Assembly (NCBI GenBank): GCA_039194325.1
Contig: JBCCWC010000014.1
Location: 32,001-96,000 of the forward strand
Direction: 5' to 3'
Length of the DNA stretch: 64,000 nucleotides
DNA from: Myxococcota bacterium
GTDB lineage: Bacteria; Myxococcota_A; Polyangia; Nannocystales; Nannocystaceae
Part shown: in pieces, positions 61,301 to 64,000 of the stretch
Layout: each line of letters starts with the position of its first letter
How positions within the stretch are numbered: the stretch's first letter is position 1
Made by a program: the position numbers and the translations under genes
Notes under the pieces: model-generated
Databases searched by the model: none
Told to the model about the DNA's origin: nothing
Seen by the model: only the letters and a program-made list of their open reading frames with translations

Positions 61301-61972
61301 CTCGTCGACCGCCCCATCGAGGTAGTACAGGCGGATCGAGCCGTCGCCGGCGCCGGCGGCCACTCGCCCGTCGTCGGTCGCCGCCAGCGCGAACACCCCG
61401 CCCTCGGCTCCGGGCATGTCGCGGACTGGTGCGTCCTCCATCCCCACCAAAGGCAGGGCCCGCACGATGCTGTCGTCGCCGGCCACCACCAACCGCCGCC
61501 CTCCCGGCTCGAGGGTGGCCGCCCGCAACGGTCGCGCGCTCACCTGACGTTGGCCCAGGGGGTTGAGCGTCGGCTCGGCCGAGACCACCTTCAGCTCGAA
61601 CGCCGCGACCTGGCCGTCTTCGGTGGTCGCGACCAGTCGCGTGCCCATGGGGTCACGAGCCAGCGCGGTCACGGGGCCGGGCAACTGGTGCAGGCGTAGC
61701 GACCGCGCCTCGTTGCCCATGTCGATGCCGTAGAGCACCCCGTCGACTCCTCCTACGATCAGCAGGTCGTCGGCCATGAAGCACAGCGCGGCCACGGCGG
61801 AGCCTGTCTCCACCGAGGCCTGCACGGTGAGCTTGGTGGCCGACAGCACGTGGACCGACGAAGACGTGACCGTGTCCGCGTCGCGGAAGCCAGCGTAGGC
61901 GAAGAGACGACCGGAGAGCGAGCCACTGATGGCCCGCACGCGCTCGACGTGAGGGGCGAACTTGCGAGTCAT
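55331..61972 (-). CDS. WD40 beta-propeller + HEAT/ARM repeat protein (2213 aa; retron-associated)
   Basis: The N-terminal ~330 aa carry WD40-like blades (AGAGDGSIRLY, GHAGPVRGL, SVGDDGQLKSW). They are followed by many HEAT-like LxDxxxxVRxxAxxAL repeats. Confidence 0.9.
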   Translation of the reverse strand: MTRKFAPHVERVRAISGSLSGRLFAYAGFRDADTVTSSSVHVLSATKLTVQASVETGSAVAALCFMADDLLIVGGVDGVLYGIDMGNEARSLRLHQLPGPVTALARDPMGTRLVATTEDGQVAAFELKVVSAEPTLNPLGQRQVSARPLRAATLEPGGRRLVVAGDDSIVRALPLVGMEDAPVRDMPGAEGGVFALAATDDGRVAAGAGDGSIRLYYLDGAVDEENRSRDAGHAGPVRGLVLGPRLHDDAGQEHPQRLFSVGDDGQLKSWQLDSKRKPKSVEVGKAGLGALAWLPASTRAKPAKRGGLLVVGNKWRRLSVLTLSEASDIADEIDRVDGRLDQLRDELKARSPKARQAALEALGTLPEDDARRMLDRALGQDDKPEVRSLAAKIIGRSGRRRSRPALRQALDDGHKEVRRAALAALTTLEDDAPLAPARAALGSRHPDLRIEALSRLPGLRDTSPMVPAMIADRLRDPEAKVRHAALDALEALESTDSLEPTRVALGRGPADVRSLALLRLSQRGHARQDEGYALVEDALDDEDAGVRHVAFLVAIAGRPTLSLALRQVDGPLDAAMRKLDKDGSLAPATSAGAAVDTVGTVGTVKEDDRAPLFAALVCRHADTALRGARGLGMLGDARATGALLQLSREADASVRGEVVAALLATAKVMAGDERLRTRLRWLLDDASDSVRAGAYDALRTLAEPDGEPGQVALAATALGGGHTDIRARALQILVKLGPDKKTKNKAREHADVLLGHALDDEAESVRSEAFRTLWAWHSKSPQTVLRRAASSRHADIRQRVASELDRQDGDWAEHLLRELVSDAVADVGLAAYRALIDSKHNKARKKALASDDSIHRLAMDSPRAAVRAAGGKGAKKGSADALRTRLLELLEDESPPVHIAAIEALDHLTPKDQQAFVTAFSSKFWGLRVRAGELCGKRRDDRAIAPMRALLAIPEGDINRPSDPLRQRAARAMADVGDVESIASYVTLLDDPDGVVREMGARGLAGAVVPGKERPLVTALSHPDLPVRSWAAEGLARMGDARAVPVLAGTLRHEHRPIREGAILSFVALGADGIRGILQGLEDPDREIQDLVFAVVVARDLALARADLPPDLLLAAIASSHPEIRLVAARALEVRDAADTLGPLAQELVGPRKPERASELKKWPAEEDRGPLLNVLIAVLASDDPAQRYAAARVLSLRPQPESFWRELRRLKAPKAVDKPDAPVTSGQPERREPRKTGWIRRLLEQVRDDGAGTLTERVLEVLRFVGGPRPQAAPPAADAPVDRAAITQLVFGAYVGLVRQAPTRGESDETHRVRRDALARLGALARHPEVGRPAVLPVLRRALSDPHHLARKAALSTLRALYDDGDTTPLGLALQSQAADVGRGAVDELVGMAASGHARARPLALGAVDAPNAEVRSHAVTMIQRLFDDGSLEPWLVALGSRHTDVRLSVVDRLVDSRDPRVDEALRRALESDHEDLRLKAAQALATRGEVRTVDVLAAFLQREDKSVAQRALQALVALSHARTEDADRAGEAAARVIAARIEDDPDKTADRFALIDALSRIGHVAGQTVLLSLLGDEQGPVRTRAFDALVSLARHPTEGARKLPTGGTRARYVDERVLRYLSVAAQSTDEELRRRTVKVLRNVDDSGAEPLLARLLEDREPDIRVAACEALAFRGEYVPGASLEALALALREGRRELVLPAAAGLAGRRRPEAFQALLLVLKAGEQPERERSLLALGTLGDRRALEDIEPLLDPDAELTDEDRALAPAAIEALGRMLPHLDDQQDTRIRTLVERTAREGASSLRTRALTGLRYAGDDRSRSVLEAALADRFEDAAVRRHAAIQLGELRHASSETVLAETLDDEGSGVRQAARAALDRLFADEPTRTNLLALRSRHPDISAPAASFLARHGDPATLVARMGEIDNDDVRRRLRRGLVRRGECPDDSVRSLLAGESDAARADAAWIAGASGHEPLAQAVGQAAARSATAWRTLHAQAMGEDAQRQVRLSALARAWAASLWAGRRLGGTGQAAARSAVDDVDAPAWVRREALRLLTTHGDPSDVSRARTALADPDAGVRRAAAELVSTRAPEEAAAVLKAQTVADAATIAPVATAALAQAADDLLVSDEARGVVLPAVLGGAQVQAIQALAQTPGKGSGRLTAIGSLGRLGGEAAQAILEEILAAQKEPTDVRKAAFRALRRLQRGEARARAYA

Positions 61973-61977
61973 GGGCG

Positions 61978-62009
61978 TTCAGGCGGAGATTTCAGGCGGA
62001 GATTTCAGG
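61978..62009. repeat. 13-bp tandem repeat spanning the stop codon of the upstream gene
   Basis: TTCAGGCGGAGAT twice plus TTCAGG, between the two HEAT-type genes. Confidence 0.8.
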
Positions 62010-64000
62010 TGGCGGCGAGGGAGCCAAAGCGAGGGCGGCGAGGAGGCTTGACCGGGATCGAGCCCGGAGGCAGATCGATCGTGAGCGCCGGATGGGCCCG
62101 CCGGATCGTGGCGAGGGCGGCGATGCAGCCGTGGCGCTCGCCCTTGCCCTCGGAGTGGGCGAAGGACTCGAGCACGGGCAGCACCAGCGCCGCGAACTCG
62201 CGGTCTTCGACGGCGAAGTCTCGGACCACCTCGACGAGGCGGGCCTTGGCGACCGACGCGGGCAGCGGCCGGTCGGGCAGCTCGTCGCCTTGGTGCTCGC
62301 GCCGCTCCATGCGACCCGGGGGCAGGCCGAACATCACGGCCCGCAAGAACTCGCGCAGGGCCTCGCCGGTGTCGAAGCGTCGCTCGGCCGCCACCGTCTG
62401 CCCCGAGGGTTCACCGGCGGAGGCGCCGAGGTAGGCCCCGGGCCGGTGCTTCTCCCACAAAAGACGCACCGCGAACAATCGCACCTCGCGATCGGGACTC
62501 TCCATCAGCCAGGCCAGGCGCTGTGCGCCGCCGACCTCGTCGTAGCACCGGCGGATGAGGGTCAGGCCCACCTCGCGCGTGGACTTGACCGAGCTCTCGG
62601 CCAGCATGAATACCTCGTCGGCCAGCAGCCAGTCGGCGGGAGGCGCGTCCTCGGCCTCGGCCGAGTCCGAGTCAAGACCCAGGCGCAGCAGTACGACCCC
62701 AGCGGCGGCCCGGGCCTCGCGGTGGCGGCTATGCGCCAGGTGATACGGCAGGCCACGGTCGCCCCATCGAACGATCTCGTGCTTGGCGATGTCTTGGGCC
62801 AGCCGGCGCACGTCGGCGCGGCCATCATCAAACAGCGGGCGCACCTGGTCGAGCGGGTAATCTTTGTGCTTCAGTCGCGGTTTGAGGCCGTAGTCGCGAG
62901 CCTCGGACATCAGGGGCCCCGCGGTGGGGTGGTGGACTCGCAGATACGTGGCCGCGAAGGCGCGCACCGTCTCGGGCTCGTCTGCACCCGCGGCCAGGGC
63001 CCACAGCTTGTCGAGTCCCGAACCATCTCCGGCCGCAGCGCCGAAGTCCGCCGGTGAGAAGTGCTCCAGCATGTAGCGGTGGGCAAAGCCGTGCAGGCTC
63101 TGGTCGGCCTGCCGCACCATCGCCAGCAGCCACGGCAGCCCGACTCGGGCCGGCTTGACCAGCTTGGGGTTGCCCAGCACGTCCAGCGCCATGCTACGCA
63201 GCCGCGGCCGCATGACCAGGCCCTTGACCCAGTCCACGTCGAGCGCATCGCCTTTGAGCATGCCGCCCCGAAGCCATCGGCCCACCCAGTCCGTGTAGCG
63301 TCGATCGAGCAGGGCATTTTTAATCCAGTCCAGCCCGATCGCTTGCCCCGGGTACTTGCCCAGCGTGCGCAGTACCTCCGATTGCCTCCAGCGGTCGAGC
63401 CGTGCGTCCTCCAGCAGCGCCAGCCAGTGCTTGGCCGGGATCTTCTTCTTGGCATCCTCGTAGAGCTTGGTCACGAAGCGCTGCTGGGCGCGGTTGCCCG
63501 TCCACAGCACGATGAACGACTCCGCGTCGAGCTCCTCGGGCCCAAAGCTCGCCTTGATCTTCTTCTCGGCCGCCTTGGCCGTCTCGCTGGTGCCCAGCAG
63601 GCGAACCAGGGCGGGGAGCCCCAGCACCCGGGCCGGCATCGGGTCCAGGCGCTCGGCCGCGAACTTGCGGACCTCGCTCTCGCCTTCGGTCGCCAGCGTC
63701 ACCAAAAGCTCCAGCGGCAACTCCGGGGCCTGAGCCCGGGCATAGGTCACCGCGAACTTCCGGGCATTGGCGCTGCTCGAGCGCAACAGCGAGATCGCCA
63801 GGTCGTGCAGCCCCAGGTCCGCGAGCTTCGAGGGGTGAAACCGGGGATCGTCACGCAGCAACGTGGTGACAAAGTCGTGGACCGATGCCAGCGGCTTGCG
63901 CCCCAGGCGTGCCAGCCAGGCCGGCTCCACCGCGCGCAGGTTCTGCGGAAAGTCCACCGTGAGGCAGTGGATCGCAAACTGGCAGACTTCGTTGTTGTCC
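62005..64000 (-). CDS. Alpha-solenoid (ARM/HEAT-like) protein of the retron operon, 5' end outside window
   Basis: The frame stays open to the window edge (...DNNEVCQFAIHCLTVDFPQ). Helical repeats, LMESPDREVRLFAVRLLW. It ends 32 bp before the WD40-HEAT gene on the same strand. Confidence 0.85.
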   Translation of the reverse strand, partial: DNNEVCQFAIHCLTVDFPQNLRAVEPAWLARLGRKPLASVHDFVTTLLRDDPRFHPSKLADLGLHDLAISLLRSSSANARKFAVTYARAQAPELPLELLVTLATEGESEVRKFAAERLDPMPARVLGLPALVRLLGTSETAKAAEKKIKASFGPEELDAESFIVLWTGNRAQQRFVTKLYEDAKKKIPAKHWLALLEDARLDRWRQSEVLRTLGKYPGQAIGLDWIKNALLDRRYTDWVGRWLRGGMLKGDALDVDWVKGLVMRPRLRSMALDVLGNPKLVKPARVGLPWLLAMVRQADQSLHGFAHRYMLEHFSPADFGAAAGDGSGLDKLWALAAGADEPETVRAFAATYLRVHHPTAGPLMSEARDYGLKPRLKHKDYPLDQVRPLFDDGRADVRRLAQDIAKHEIVRWGDRGLPYHLAHSRHREARAAAGVVLLRLGLDSDSAEAEDAPPADWLLADEVFMLAESSVKSTREVGLTLIRRCYDEVGGAQRLAWLMESPDREVRLFAVRLLWEKHRPGAYLGASAGEPSGQTVAAERRFDTGEALREFLRAVMFGLPPGRMERREHQGDELPDRPLPASVAKARLVEVVRDFAVEDREFAALVLPVLESFAHSEGKGERHGCIAALATIRRAHPALTIDLPPGSIPVKPPRRPRFGSLAAT

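Overview
High-GC window whose gene content (Ser/Thr kinase-TPR proteins, CHAT-TPR, DUF1592/DUF1552 pair, Cys-rich lipoproteins) points to a myxobacterium, probably Nannocystaceae-like (inference). The left end has a sulfite-reductase cluster (DUF2849, sulfite/nitrite reductase, DUF934), a 166-bp MITE-like element, and a two-gene AAA-ATPase + NACHT/pentapeptide module that may be a defence or conflict system. The middle is mostly accessory, signalling and secreted genes. It includes REP-like palindromes and an iteron-like repeat array. The main feature is at the right end on the minus strand: a retron locus of the myxobacterial Mx162 / 'type XIII' kind. Gene order is a window-truncated alpha-solenoid gene, a 2213-aa WD40+HEAT protein, a protein with a degenerate SWIM motif plus a WGR-like domain, an msr-msd ncRNA, the retron reverse transcriptase, and a translationally coupled WGR protein. 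The ncRNA can be read directly from the sequence: a1/a2 inverted repeats, a predicted branching G at 53258, and a long msd hairpin. This retron class is known from bioinformatics, but to my knowledge its effectors have no demonstrated function, and no toxic enzymatic domain is visible in the part within this window. All family assignments come from motif recognition by eye, not from database searches.
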